DNA of 64,000 nucleotides from an uncultured Lactobacillales bacterium (GCA_964643615.1 CAZXTR010000001.1:1923-65922), one strand, 5' to 3'. Counted from the first letter of the stretch, positions 32,956-43,418 are shown. Notes: generated by a model from the sequence alone, not told the origin. A program made the numbers and translations.

Positions 32956-33551
32956 TTATTCTTTTTTAAACTATATGGGCAACCACAAAAGTTTTGATTA
33001 TACAAGTGAAATTCTTGGATGAGAGAGGAGCGGATTTCTTGCAAACCGCCTTTTCTCCAATTAAAACCAATGTAGGGAATGTTTGTTGAATGAAAAACTT
33101 TTTCTCCCACTGTATTGACTTGTTTCAAATCTTTGTATCTTGAAACGCCTAAAACAGACGTCACCGCATCAAACCCATTTTGACGAGCAAATTCATGAGC
33201 ACGTTGTAACCGCATTTCAAAACAAACCCAACATCTTTTCCCTCGTTCTGGTTCGTTTTCTAATCCCTTTACACAAGTCCGCCACGCATCATGATCGTAT
33301 TCCAATGAAATAAATGGCACGTTATACGATTCACACAAATGTTTATTTTCTTGACATCTTTTTTGATATTCTTCAACAGGAGCAATATTTGGATTGTAAA
33401 AAAGTACACTGAATTTTTGTCCTTGTTTTTTTAAAAAATCAATCACAGCACATGAACATGGGGCGCAACACGAAACAAGCAATAAATTTTTACAATTTAT
33501 CCATTTTTTTTTCAATTTTTTGCACTCCTTGATTTCTTTTTTATACCACAA
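32874..33551 (-). CDS. queH: Epoxyqueuosine reductase QueH (DUF208)
   Basis: CCAPCS cysteine cluster and DUF208-like length. Convergent 82-nt overlap with the pgk 3' end, so the exact C-terminus is uncertain. Confidence 0.6.
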   Translation of the reverse strand: MWYKKEIKECKKLKKKWINCKNLLLVSCCAPCSCAVIDFLKKQGQKFSVLFYNPNIAPVEEYQKRCQENKHLCESYNVPFISLEYDHDAWRTCVKGLENEPERGKRCWVCFEMRLQRAHEFARQNGFDAVTSVLGVSRYKDLKQVNTVGEKVFHSTNIPYIGFNWRKGGLQEIRSSLIQEFHLYNQNFCGCPYSLKKNNYFSKTFTPGKFLPSIHSRKAPPAAET

Positions 33552-33649
33552 AATATCTCAACGTTCAACAAAACGATTAAAATAGATTGCATCAAAAAAA
33601 GTTTTTCTTTATCATAGTTGAGTACCCAGTTTTAAGAAAGGACTGAAAA

Positions 33650-34192
33650 ATGGAATTTAAAGGAAGTAAAACAGAAAAAAATTTAATGACCGCTTTTGCA
33701 GGGGAATCCGAAGCAAGGAATAAATACACCTACTTCGCGAGCAAAGCAAAAAAAGAGGGGTATAATCAAATCGCTGATTTGTTCGAAACGACTGCGAACA
33801 ACGAAAAAGAACATGCTAAATTATGGTTCAAAGCCCTGCAAAAAGGCGGCGAAATAGCTAATACTGAAAGCAATTTACAATCGGCAGCTGATGGCGAAAA
33901 TTATGAATGGACAGATATGTATGCCACCTTTGCCAAAGAAGCGAGAGACGAAGGATTTATTGCATTAGCTAAACAGTTCGAACTTGTCGCAGAAATTGAA
34001 AAGCGGCATGAAGAACGTTACCGTAAATTACTTGCAAATATTCAAAAAGGTGAGGTGTTTAAAAAGGGAAGCTCCGTTATTTGGGAATGTGCGAATTGCG
34101 GGCATATCCATGTGGGAGAATCTGCGTTAGACGTTTGCCCAACATGCAAACATCCAAAGGCCTATTTCTTTATCCACACAGATAATTTTTAA
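33650..34192 (+). CDS. rbr: Rubrerythrin (ferritin-like diiron domain plus C-terminal rubredoxin-like Cys4 domain)
   Basis: E...EXXH diiron motifs ([29 protein letters not shown]) and a C-terminal CANCGH...CPTCKH. Confidence 0.85.
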   Translation: MEFKGSKTEKNLMTAFAGESEARNKYTYFASKAKKEGYNQIADLFETTANNEKEHAKLWFKALQKGGEIANTESNLQSAADGENYEWTDMYATFAKEARDEGFIALAKQFELVAEIEKRHEERYRKLLANIQKGEVFKKGSSVIWECANCGHIHVGESALDVCPTCKHPKAYFFIHTDNF

Positions 34193-34902
34193 AAAAAATC
34201 TTGATACGCGCCTGCTACAGCATTCAATCTTGCTAAAAAAGATTTGTCCTGTGCTGGGTGTTTTGTATTTTGAGGATATGGGTTTTTTAACAAATGCTCA
34301 ATATCTTCATCCATACTGACTCTTTCTGGCATAAAGCGCCGATAAAAAGCATAAGCTGCCGCTACCAAATTTTGTGTATCATATCCGATAGTTTTTAAAG
34401 ATTCTGCAACATCTGCGCAAGGGAAACCGACTCCTTTTGGAAATAAACCTATCCCCGCTTTGGCCAAAAAAGACCATGGGAAAGCTTTTCCTGGATCAGG
34501 TTTCCGTGTAGGGGCAACATCACTATGTCCCACAACGTTTTGAGGGGCAATTTGGTGCCGAACTATAATATCCCGCGCCAAAAACTTCAAGGATTCTATT
34601 TGCTCTGATGCATAGGGGGTTTGACCTAATGCCATGTGTTGCAATTCGACACCAACAGATGGAGAGTTTAAGCTACCAATCCCGCGCCAAGAACCTTTTC
34701 CCACATGAAAAGCCTCTTTATCTTCTGGAACAAGCCGAATTATTTGCCCTTTCAAATCAATAATATAATGCACGCTGATTTTATTGGTCATCAGGCACGC
34801 AATCATCTCGTCCAAAGGCAAAGCAAAACAATGAAAAACTAAAAATTGAACGGGCGATGACCTTTCTTTAAAATCGGGTAAAAAATGTTCTATTATTTCC
34901 AT
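34189..34902 (-). CDS. ampD: AmpD-type anhydro-N-acetylmuramoyl-L-alanine amidase (Amidase_2)
   Basis: [10 protein letters not shown]...[11 protein letters not shown] and [14 protein letters not shown] motifs. Confidence 0.8.
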   Translation of the reverse strand: MEIIEHFLPDFKERSSPVQFLVFHCFALPLDEMIACLMTNKISVHYIIDLKGQIIRLVPEDKEAFHVGKGSWRGIGSLNSPSVGVELQHMALGQTPYASEQIESLKFLARDIIVRHQIAPQNVVGHSDVAPTRKPDPGKAFPWSFLAKAGIGLFPKGVGFPCADVAESLKTIGYDTQNLVAAAYAFYRRFMPERVSMDEDIEHLLKNPYPQNTKHPAQDKSFLARLNAVAGAYQDFF

Positions 34903-34917
34903 TGGCCTAACCTTTTT

Positions 34918-35979
34918 TTACTCTTGCATTTCATGAAGCGTTTCAACAGCATCATAATCCGTGCCCAAGGCACGCGTTTGAACGGCTAATTGTGCATAGT
35001 GCACTGAATCGCTTGCTATATCCGTCAAAACAGGAGTCGATGCAATAATCCTTTGTATTTTTTCAAAACGTTCCAACGCTTTATCTGTCAAAGGACGACA
35101 ATTTGAAACAACATCTATCAATTCATTTGGTTTGGCAAAACAGTAACACACAGCATCACACCCCGCCTCCAATGAAGCTTTTGCCTTTTGTCCAGCAGGA
35201 CCTTTCAACGCTTGCATGTCGATAGCGTCCGTAATTAATAAACCATCATACCCAAACAATCCACGAATAATTTCTTGAATGGCTTTTTTAGATTGCGTCA
35301 CGGGTTTATCGTCTATTTCCGCAATTACAATATGTGCCGTCATCATCGCGGGTGCAATAGGTGCTAATTTTTGAAACGGATAAAAATCTTTTTCTAATTC
35401 TTTTAAACCTTGGGACAAAATCGGCAAATTCAAATGCGGATCAGTTGTCGCTCGCCCATGCCCAGGAGCATGTTTAATACAAGGACAAATCCCCTGTTCT
35501 TTATATGTTTCCAACAAAACTTGTCCTAAACTGGCTACCGTTTTTTCATTTTCTCCAAAACATCTGTTTTTCAACGCCATCGTTGTGCTTTCAAAAGCAA
35601 CGTCTATTGATGGGGCATAAACCCAATTTAATCCCATTTGACGTAAATCATCAGAGATTAAAACCCCATGTAACCGCGTTATTTCTTTGGCTTGTATTTC
35701 TGGCAAACTAGCCAAAGACCACTGTGATACGTATGGTTTGAATTCTGGCGGGATAAAACGACAAACACGTCCACCTTCTTGGTCAACTGCAATTAAGACA
35801 TCAGCCCGACCTATTACCTGTTTAATTTCAAAACAAAGGTCTGCCACTTGTTTTTTGTTTTGAACATTACGTGCAAATAAAGTCAATCCCATTGGGTTAG
35901 ATTGCTCCAACATTTTTTTTTCAAAATCCGTTAATTTAAAGCCACTTATAGATAACATACATGATAAAACTGGCCGCAT
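34918..35979 (-). CDS. nagZ: Beta-N-acetylhexosaminidase NagZ (GH3)
   Basis: GH3 motifs LIAVDQEGGRV and KHAPGHG; muropeptide recycling partner of ampD. Confidence 0.85.
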   Translation of the reverse strand: MRPVLSCMLSISGFKLTDFEKKMLEQSNPMGLTLFARNVQNKKQVADLCFEIKQVIGRADVLIAVDQEGGRVCRFIPPEFKPYVSQWSLASLPEIQAKEITRLHGVLISDDLRQMGLNWVYAPSIDVAFESTTMALKNRCFGENEKTVASLGQVLLETYKEQGICPCIKHAPGHGRATTDPHLNLPILSQGLKELEKDFYPFQKLAPIAPAMMTAHIVIAEIDDKPVTQSKKAIQEIIRGLFGYDGLLITDAIDMQALKGPAGQKAKASLEAGCDAVCYCFAKPNELIDVVSNCRPLTDKALERFEKIQRIIASTPVLTDIASDSVHYAQLAVQTRALGTDYDAVETLHEMQE

Positions 35980-36106
35980 ATTTTTCTTCTCTTTTTGAAT
36001 AATTTTCTATTAAAAAGCTACCGCAAAAAATAAAAAATAGCAACATAAATAAATGTTTGCTTTTTATGTAAATTTAAGGTACCCTTTGTTTTAAAAGGAA
36101 TAAACG

Positions 36107-37258
36107 ATGGTGAATCTTCCAAATAATGAAGCTCGCAAACGTCGATTAACAAAAGATATTCTTTTATTATATCAAATTAAAGAATCTATTTTACAGGGAA
36201 AATCTGTTTCCCAATCTGATAAAAATAAACTTAATAAAGAAAATCTTGAACATTTAAAAAATAATTTTGTTTATCCAAAATATAAACTTAACGAAGCTTT
36301 AGCAGGGATAGAACTAATTAACGCAACACACCGACTTTTTGATGAGTGGAATAAACGTGTTTGTCTTACCCAAAAACACGTCAAGCGATTATTTAAAGAC
36401 AAAAAACATTTTAATAAAATTATCAATATTATTCAAATGGCTTTGCAAGCCAAAAAGCGGCCAAATTCTAAAGCAGATGCATACTGTTTTGTCGAATCTA
36501 CACTTTTAGAGGAAAAGCTTCGATTTTCAAAGGAAAATATTAACGAACTTGCCGACTTTATTCCAAATATTGATGAAAAATTATATGATAATGAATCTCG
36601 TTTCAATCCTTTCTTTATTTTAGAGCAAGAAAAGGCATATGTTTCACAAAATGAAAATTTGGAAAATAATAAAAGTTATAGAGACTTTGTCAAATTACGG
36701 GATGAATATGCCATCGAGACTTTTACAAAATTAGTAGCCCATTTTATCATTACAAAGTATGCAAAAAAATATTTTGACCCTATAAATAAAACTGAAGTTG
36801 GTCATTGCCTTTCTTCTATTTTAAAAGCCTTGGAACACATAAATGTCAATGGGCGTTTTGATACTTTATTAAAGAACAAGAGTATGCGCAATTTATCGAC
36901 TCCTCAAAAATTCATTAATATTGTGAAAAAAATAGATCCTAAAAACGTTCGTTTCGTCAAACGTTATGTTTTAGAACAAAACATAACACCAGGTTCATTG
37001 CTAATCACGACACGTCGAAGATATACTCGTTTTGTTGCTCTTCATGCCATGATTTGTGTTGGACATGATAGTGAAGGAAAACATTTTTTTACGTCATTTA
37101 ACGGGGAAAAGAAAAATTTTTACCCATCCGGAATATACGAAGATTGCTACATTATAAACTTACCCCGATTAATGGTACAAATGGAGCGTTCATTCATTCA
37201 AAAACAAAGTGAAAAAATACGTATACAAGCTAAAACAAAAGCAGCTTCTCGTTGTTGA
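36107..37258 (+). CDS. Hypothetical soluble protein (orphan), K/N-rich, with a possible Cys/His pair near the C-terminus
   Basis: 383 aa with no recognised motifs except ALHAMICVGHDSEGKHFF near the C-terminus. No TM. Lies upstream of tRNA-Arg(TCT). Confidence 0.45.
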   Translation: MVNLPNNEARKRRLTKDILLLYQIKESILQGKSVSQSDKNKLNKENLEHLKNNFVYPKYKLNEALAGIELINATHRLFDEWNKRVCLTQKHVKRLFKDKKHFNKIINIIQMALQAKKRPNSKADAYCFVESTLLEEKLRFSKENINELADFIPNIDEKLYDNESRFNPFFILEQEKAYVSQNENLENNKSYRDFVKLRDEYAIETFTKLVAHFIITKYAKKYFDPINKTEVGHCLSSILKALEHINVNGRFDTLLKNKSMRNLSTPQKFINIVKKIDPKNVRFVKRYVLEQNITPGSLLITTRRRYTRFVALHAMICVGHDSEGKHFFTSFNGEKKNFYPSGIYEDCYIINLPRLMVQMERSFIQKQSEKIRIQAKTKAASRC

Positions 37259-37263
37259 AATCA

Positions 37264-37291
37264 TTGACAAATATTTTTTTTAGGTATAAAA
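37264..37291 (+). promoter_or_regulatory. Putative sigma70-like promoter for tRNA-Arg(TCT)
   Basis: TTGACA at 37264-37269, followed 15-17 nt later by TATAAA/TAAAAG, about 18 nt before the tRNA 5' end. Confidence 0.4.
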
Positions 37292-37308
37292 GGGATGCGT
37301 CTTGACAT

Positions 37309-37385
37309 GGTCTCGTAGCTCAGCTGGATAGAGCAACAGCCTTCTAAGCTGTGGGTCGGGCGTTCGAATCGCCCCGAGATCACCA
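37309..37385 (+). tRNA. tRNA-Arg (anticodon TCT)
   Basis: Hand-folded. Acceptor GGTCTCG/CGAGATC with one G-U pair, D-arm GCTC-AGCTGGATA-GAGC, anticodon stem ACAGC/GCTGT with loop CTTCTAA, T-arm GGGCG-TTCGAAT-CGCCC, encoded CCA. Confidence 0.9.
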
Positions 37386-37389
37386 ATAT

Positions 37390-37429
37390 AAAAACTGCCT
37401 TTTTAGTAAAAAGGCAGTTTTTGTTTTTT
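37390..37429 (+). terminator. Rho-independent terminator after the tRNA
   Basis: Perfect inverted repeat AAAAACTGCCTTTTT / AAAAAGGCAGTTTTT with a 3-nt loop, then TTGTTTTTT. Confidence 0.8.
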
Positions 37430-37486
37430 CCTATTTCAAAACAGTTTTACTACTTGCAAATTCAATAAGGACAGTCTAACTTAATA

Positions 37487-37975
37487 ATGAAAAAAGGGGT
37501 TTATATGCAAAAAGGTATTTTAACATTAGATTATAACAAAGAACAATGGCAAGGCATGATTTTATTGTCTCTTATTTTATCCGCACTCTCGGGGCTATTA
37601 GCTTGGATGTGGGGCACTTTTTTGAGTGTGTTGTTTTTTGTGATCGTCATATTATTTTGCGCCGAGAAAATTAATTTCTTTTATTCGCGCATTGCCAAAG
37701 GCATCCCCTATATTAAAATTACTGCAAAAGAAATACAAATTGACGGCGAACCCACATTTAAAAAGGCAGACGTAATTCGTGTTCAAAAATTGGGTTTTAG
37801 GATGATTGGTTTCCAATTAAAACCTATGAAGAACAAAATTTTTTCGCGACGTAGTCGTATAGATCAAATATTTTTTCATCGTCAATGTCCGTGCTTTGTG
37901 GCCGTTCAAATGTTAAACGAAAAAAGCAAAAAAGCCTTTGGTGATTTTTTAAAAAAAGAATATAAATTCAAATAA
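37487..37975 (+). CDS. Hypothetical small membrane protein
   Basis: 162 aa with two adjacent TM helices near the N-terminus and a basic C-terminal half. No family recognised. Confidence 0.45.
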   Translation: MKKGVYMQKGILTLDYNKEQWQGMILLSLILSALSGLLAWMWGTFLSVLFFVIVILFCAEKINFFYSRIAKGIPYIKITAKEIQIDGEPTFKKADVIRVQKLGFRMIGFQLKPMKNKIFSRRSRIDQIFFHRQCPCFVAVQMLNEKSKKAFGDFLKKEYKFK

Positions 37976-38468
37976 CAATCGCCTTTTTATTGCATTATCT
38001 TTTAATGCATCTTTCAACCCTTAATACGCTTTGCCATTTTTTAAAATAGGGTCATTCAAAGTTGTGGCTTTATCTTTGAATCCCCTTATATGTGTCCTAT
38101 CACAAAAGCCACCACACTATCTTCCGCATCCGCACAAAACGACAAACTTTTTATCGGGCATAGAACATCTTACCTTTTTTATAACATTAAAAATCCCCCC
38201 TTATCTATTTCGTATAATGATTTCTTTTTAAATAAGAGAATCTCCAAAAACTAAATAAGGATCATCTTTGCTCACTTGAATGCAAGTGTCTTATTGTTTT
38301 GCCTCGCTCACCTTCCTTTTTTATAAAAACAGGAGATGCATAATGATTTTCAATCCATGGTTGTTATTTCTTTCATTGTTTTATGCAAAATAAATGAAAA
38401 GCCTTGAAAAAAATATTAAAAAGCGTATAAAGAAAGTAGTTTTTTCAATATAAGGAGTTGGTCCTGTT

Positions 38469-40202
38469 ATGCGTATGAGTTTTCTTGTTGGCCGCCGACA
38501 CAAAGAAAAGCCGGCTGAAGCGTCTTTAATTAGTCATATTTATTTGCTTCGCGGAGGATATATTCGCCCCGTCGCGAATGGGATTTATTCTTTGCTTCCG
38601 CCTACCGTTCGTATTCAAGAGAAAATAGAATCGATTATTCGCACTGAAATGAATGCTATCGAAGGACAAGAGGTCAAAATGCCGGTCGTTCTTCCACGAG
38701 AATTATGGGACGAAACAAAACGTTATGACACAGTAGGTTCTGAATTACTTCGCCTTGAAGACAGAACTCATCATGGCATGTTGTTGGCGATGACACATGA
38801 AGAAGCCGCTGTCCATTTGGCGCGCACTGAAACTTCAAGTTATAAAGATTTTCCTTTCGTATTATACCAAATTCAAACAAAATTCAGAGATGAAGCGCGG
38901 TCTAGAGGCGGATTAATTCGTGTGCGTGAATTTACGATGAAAGATGCTTACTCTTTCCACACATTCCAGGCAGATTTAGACGCGTATTATGACCAATGCG
39001 CCGAAGCATATCACCGCATTTTCGCGCGCTGCGGAATTCCTGAAGTTCTCTCTATCCAATCAGACAACGGTATGATGGGTGGGAAGGAAGCTCACGAATA
39101 CATGTTTGTAACAAGCGCAGGCGAAGACAAAATCGTCAGTTGTGATCATTGCCGTTATACTGCAAATCAAGAAGTAGCTTCTTCGTTAGTGGCGTCTGAA
39201 CCCACGGGGGAAGCCTTGCCTTTACAGCGCGTTGAAACACCGAAAATTTCGTCAATTCCTGACTTAGTTCAGTTTTTTAATTTGCCTCCATTTTGTTTCG
39301 CAAAATCTGTGTTTTACAAAACATCTTCGGGTAAGCTAATTTGTTGTATTATTCGTGGCGATATTGATATTAACGAAATCAAATTGTCTAAAATATTAAA
39401 AGAAACTTTTGAGTTTGCATCCGATATAGAAATTCAATTAACAGGAGCTGTCCCCGGTTTTGCTGGAGCGGTGGGATTGGAAAATTGTTCTGTGCTTGTT
39501 GATAAATCGGCGGCAACTGCAACTAACCTTATTTGTGGTGCGAATAAAAAAGACGAACATTTCAAAAACTTCAATGTGTTTCGTGATATACCTTCTGCAA
39601 AAATTGTGGATATTGCCACGGTTAAAGAAGGTGATACTTGCCCCCATTGTGGCAAAGGGCACATCACAATGAAACGAGGAATCGAAGTCGGAAATATATT
39701 TAAGTTAGGTACATTTTACACAGAACGCATGCACATGACTTACACCAATGAAGAAGGTAATGAAAAAAATCCTATCATGGGTTGCTATGGCATTGGAATT
39801 GGTCGTTTAATCGGCTGTATTATTGAAGCAAGACATGACGATTTTGGACCTATTTGGCCGATGAGCGTCAGCCCATGGCAAGTCCACTTGAATGTTTTAC
39901 AAGCAGATAAGGCAAACGCACTTCAAATTGCCAATAACACATATCAAGAAATGGAAAGAAATGGTATTGAAGTTTTGTTTGATGATCGCAATCTTTCCGC
40001 AGGGACACAGTTTGCCGAAGCCGATTTAATGGGAATTCCCTTGCGTTTGATTTTAAGCCCGAGGAACCTTGGAAAAGGGATGGTCGAATATAAAGTCCGC
40101 GGATCACAAGAACAAGGATTTATTCCTATTGTTGAAATAGTTTCTTTTTGTAAAAAATTTATTCAACAAGAAATGGAAAAATTGAACACACCTCTGTTAT
40201 AA
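38469..40202 (+). CDS. proS: Prolyl-tRNA synthetase, bacterial type with full INS editing domain
   Basis: 577 aa; N-terminus MRMSFLVGRRHKEKPAEASLISH parallels E. coli ProRS. Class II motifs and an inserted roughly 180-aa INS domain between motifs 2 and 3. RBS AAGGAG. Confidence 0.9.
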   Translation: MRMSFLVGRRHKEKPAEASLISHIYLLRGGYIRPVANGIYSLLPPTVRIQEKIESIIRTEMNAIEGQEVKMPVVLPRELWDETKRYDTVGSELLRLEDRTHHGMLLAMTHEEAAVHLARTETSSYKDFPFVLYQIQTKFRDEARSRGGLIRVREFTMKDAYSFHTFQADLDAYYDQCAEAYHRIFARCGIPEVLSIQSDNGMMGGKEAHEYMFVTSAGEDKIVSCDHCRYTANQEVASSLVASEPTGEALPLQRVETPKISSIPDLVQFFNLPPFCFAKSVFYKTSSGKLICCIIRGDIDINEIKLSKILKETFEFASDIEIQLTGAVPGFAGAVGLENCSVLVDKSAATATNLICGANKKDEHFKNFNVFRDIPSAKIVDIATVKEGDTCPHCGKGHITMKRGIEVGNIFKLGTFYTERMHMTYTNEEGNEKNPIMGCYGIGIGRLIGCIIEARHDDFGPIWPMSVSPWQVHLNVLQADKANALQIANNTYQEMERNGIEVLFDDRNLSAGTQFAEADLMGIPLRLILSPRNLGKGMVEYKVRGSQEQGFIPIVEIVSFCKKFIQQEMEKLNTPLL

Positions 40203-40240
40203 ATCTTACATTAAAAATTCATGAGATTTTAAACGTTTGG

Positions 40241-41914
40241 TTACCGCGTCAAAGGTTTGTATTTAATACGATGAGGCCTATCTGAATCCGCACCTAAACG
40301 ACGACGTTTGTCTGCTTCATATTCGGCATAATTACCTTCGAACCAAACAACTTGGCTGTCCCCTTCGAAAGCTAAAATGTGTGTTGCAAGTCGGTCTAAA
40401 AACCAACGATCGTGGGAAGTAATAACGGCGCACCCTGCAAAATCCATTAATGCTTCTTCCAGCGCCCGCAAAGTATCTACATCCAAATCATTTGTAGGTT
40501 CGTCCAACAATAAAACATTCGCACCACATTTTAACATTTTGGCTAAATGCACACGGTTACGTTCCCCCCCAGATAATTGCCCAACTTTTTTTTGTTGATC
40601 CGCACCTTTGAAATTAAATTGTGCAACATAGGAACGCGAGGCGATATCTCTTTTGCCTAACGTAATTATATCCTTACCGTCTGATATTTCTTGCCATACT
40701 GTTAAGTTGGGGTTCAACGCATCTCGGCTTTGATCGACATAGCCTAACTTAACCGTTTCTCCCAACCGAAAATTCCCATCATCAGGTTTTTCTTGCCCTG
40801 TAATAATACGTAACAAAGTCGTTTTCCCCGCTCCATTTGGACCAACAACACCAACTATACCGCCTGCTGGTAAATTAAAAGATAAATCATCAAATAATAA
40901 TTTATCCATAAAGGCTTTTTTCAAATGTTCGGCTTGAATAACAACGTCACCTAATCTTTCCGCTACAGGGATTATAATTTTTGCTGCCGTCACCACACTG
41001 TTTCCAGCCTTTTTCAACAATTCATCATAAGCCACAATACGAGCTTTAGATTTAGCCTGTCTTGCTTTAGGGGATTGACGTATCCATTCTAATTCTTCTT
41101 TAATCGTGCGTTGACGTGCATTTTCTTCACGCTCTTCTTGAGCTAATCTCTTTTCCTTTTGCTCTAACCAAGATGAATAATTGCCTTCATAGGGAATACC
41201 TTCACCTCTATCCAATTCCAAAATCCAGCTCGTGACATTATCCAAAAAGTAACGGTCGTGCGTCACCATAACAACCGTTCCAACGTAATCTTTTAAAAAT
41301 TGTTGCAACCAAGACACACTTTCGGCATCCAAATGATTCGTCGGCTCATCAAGCAACAATAATTCAGGTTTAGAAAGTAATAACCGACATAAAGCAACGC
41401 GCCTTTTTTCTCCTCCTGATAATTCATCCACATTCCAATCTCCTGGAGGGCATCGTAAAGCATCCATTGCAATTTCAACAGTTCTGTCCAATTCCCAACC
41501 ATTACAAGCATCTATTTTTTCTTGAAGTTCAGCCTGCTTCATTAACAATGCATCCATATCAACATCAGGGTTTGCAAATTGCATATTAATGTCTTCAAAT
41601 TGCTTTAATAAATTCCGGACATGACCAACACCGTCCATTACATTTTCTAAAACGTTTTTGGTTTTATCTAATTGAGGTTCTTGTGCTAAATAGCCTACAC
41701 TCACACCATCTGCTGCCCAAGCTTCCCCACGATAATCGTTGTCTAATCCCGCCATAATCTTTAACAAAGTTGACTTTCCCGCGCCATTCACACCCAAAAC
41801 ACCAATTTTTGCCCCTGGTAAAAAAGAAAGCCAAATATGTTTTAAAACCTCTTTCCCTCCAGGCCAAGTTTTGCATAAATCTTTCATTACGTATGAATAT
41901 TGGTAACTAGGCAT
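40241..41914 (-). CDS. ettA: ABC-F translational throttle ATPase EttA (YjjK)
   Basis: 557 aa with two ABC domains ([24 protein letters not shown]) and a linker of EttA length. The C-terminal KYKPL resembles the EttA C-terminal motif. Confidence 0.85.
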   Translation of the reverse strand: MPSYQYSYVMKDLCKTWPGGKEVLKHIWLSFLPGAKIGVLGVNGAGKSTLLKIMAGLDNDYRGEAWAADGVSVGYLAQEPQLDKTKNVLENVMDGVGHVRNLLKQFEDINMQFANPDVDMDALLMKQAELQEKIDACNGWELDRTVEIAMDALRCPPGDWNVDELSGGEKRRVALCRLLLSKPELLLLDEPTNHLDAESVSWLQQFLKDYVGTVVMVTHDRYFLDNVTSWILELDRGEGIPYEGNYSSWLEQKEKRLAQEEREENARQRTIKEELEWIRQSPKARQAKSKARIVAYDELLKKAGNSVVTAAKIIIPVAERLGDVVIQAEHLKKAFMDKLLFDDLSFNLPAGGIVGVVGPNGAGKTTLLRIITGQEKPDDGNFRLGETVKLGYVDQSRDALNPNLTVWQEISDGKDIITLGKRDIASRSYVAQFNFKGADQQKKVGQLSGGERNRVHLAKMLKCGANVLLLDEPTNDLDVDTLRALEEALMDFAGCAVITSHDRWFLDRLATHILAFEGDSQVVWFEGNYAEYEADKRRRLGADSDRPHRIKYKPLTR

Positions 41915-41915
41915 A

Positions 41916-42701
41916 TTAAAAGCTCCCTTTCCCTGTCATTTTTACCTTTAAAATATCAAACACTTGTTCAGGCGAGAAAAATTGTGGTGCCTTTTTAGTT
42001 AACCCCTCTCGTGTTAAGCGTATTGATTTTTGATATTCTTTTATCATAAACTCATAATATTTATTTTGATTTTCATGATCTTGAACAACCTCTACTGCAA
42101 GGCGTGTTATTTCATCTTTCCCTAACACGTCTAAAAAGAAAGGAGCATAACCTTCTTTAATAAGAAGTAAATTCATCATTAAATTCGCAGTGCGCTTATT
42201 CATATCAGGAAAAGGTTGTGTCAATACAATCCCCTTATAAGTAGAAAAAACTCGTTTTAAAAAGGGTTGTTTTTCGTCAAATTGATTATTAACAATTAGC
42301 CTCATTTGATGCGGGATTTGGCTCGCTTCAACAGGTAAATAGTCCCTTATTTTTTCGCCAGACTTTCTATATTCACCACTTACCGAAATACTTCTTTGTG
42401 AAACCAAAAGTCTTTCTACAATCGTCCCTTTCATCAAAAGTGCATTAATTTCTCGAATGGTACATTCGGCCACAAAATCGTTTGAAGCAATATTATCACG
42501 AATGTAGGCAACGCCATTTTTTAAATTGCGACTAGTAATTGTAATTTCATGTCGCAATTCTTCGCTTAAATCATTATTTTTTATATTCTCTTGACACGAT
42601 TGTTGAAAAAAATCATCCAACAAAACAAAAACAGCCGCTTTTCCTTGTTCGGTCAACGAACTTTTAAATAATTCGCATTCTTTCTGTAACTTAGAAAACA
42701 T
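41916..42701 (-). CDS. Fic/Doc-fold protein with a non-canonical Fic motif ([12 protein letters not shown] in place of HPFx[DE]GNGRxxR)
   Basis: 261 aa. The block [30 protein letters not shown] aligns without gaps to the Fic core [27 protein letters not shown]. The flanking helices are conserved, but the catalytic His and both Gly residues are replaced. Its stop lies 1 nt from the ettA start and its start 3 nt from the dut stop. Confidence 0.6.
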   Translation of the reverse strand: MFSKLQKECELFKSSLTEQGKAAVFVLLDDFFQQSCQENIKNNDLSEELRHEITITSRNLKNGVAYIRDNIASNDFVAECTIREINALLMKGTIVERLLVSQRSISVSGEYRKSGEKIRDYLPVEASQIPHQMRLIVNNQFDEKQPFLKRVFSTYKGIVLTQPFPDMNKRTANLMMNLLLIKEGYAPFFLDVLGKDEITRLAVEVVQDHENQNKYYEFMIKEYQKSIRLTREGLTKKAPQFFSPEQVFDILKVKMTGKGSF

Positions 42702-42704
42702 ACT

Positions 42705-43157
42705 TTACACTCCCGAACTGCCAAAACCTGTCGTCCCCCGGACAGTTGTTGACAACTCTTGCGTTTCAATAAGTTTAGGACGTATAATAGGACAAACAAC
42801 CATTTGGCAAACTCTATCGCCAGGATTAATTATAAAATCTTTATCCCCTGAATTCAACAAAATCGTACGAATTTCTCCACGATAACCCCAATCAATCGTA
42901 CCCGGAGTGTTTACAACCATAATACCATAATTAAACGCCAAACCCGAACGCGGGCGAATTTGAATTTCAAAAGAATCGCAATCCCCAATCAATTCACATT
43001 GAATACCATTAGGGACTAACACCCTTTGACCTGCCGGAATAACGACTTGTTCACAAATCGCAGCACGTAAATCAATACCAGAATCATTAGGTTTTGCATA
43101 TTCTAACGTGCCCCATTTTTTGTTGTAATGAGATAGATATTTAATTTTTAATTGCAT
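42705..43157 (-). CDS. dut: dUTP diphosphatase
   Basis: Dut motifs SGIDLRA, RSGLA, GTIDWGYRGEI. Start taken at the Met with RBS AGAGG. The ORF-track start is 18 nt further upstream. Confidence 0.9.
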   Translation of the reverse strand: MQLKIKYLSHYNKKWGTLEYAKPNDSGIDLRAAICEQVVIPAGQRVLVPNGIQCELIGDCDSFEIQIRPRSGLAFNYGIMVVNTPGTIDWGYRGEIRTILLNSGDKDFIINPGDRVCQMVVCPIIRPKLIETQELSTTVRGTTGFGSSGV

Positions 43158-43418
43158 GCTAACCTCTGTTATCATTTTATAGCTGGAACATTGTACCTAA
43201 AAAAAAAGAAAAAGCAACTTCTTCTTTCAATGTTTACATAAAGAGTTTTGATGATAGCCTTGTAATCACTTTACGATAAATTCATCGCACTTAATTATTA
43301 CGATGACAATTATGTTTTCAGAAAACTCTACTTTTTCATATTGATTTTTTTATCTTCACATATAAAAACATTTTCTTTCTTTTTTGACTTTTAAACAAAA
43401 CCTACGTATATTTCAATC

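Noticed and set aside
37976-38030. Possible terminator after the 162-aa ORF (GCATTA-TCTTTT-TAATGC hairpin)
   Set aside because: The stem is AT-rich and only 6 bp, with no downstream T-run. Too weak to call.
38031-38231. 66-aa ORF in the spacer upstream of proS
   Set aside because: No RBS and low complexity. The 490-bp spacer more likely holds the proS promoter or leader. Not called.
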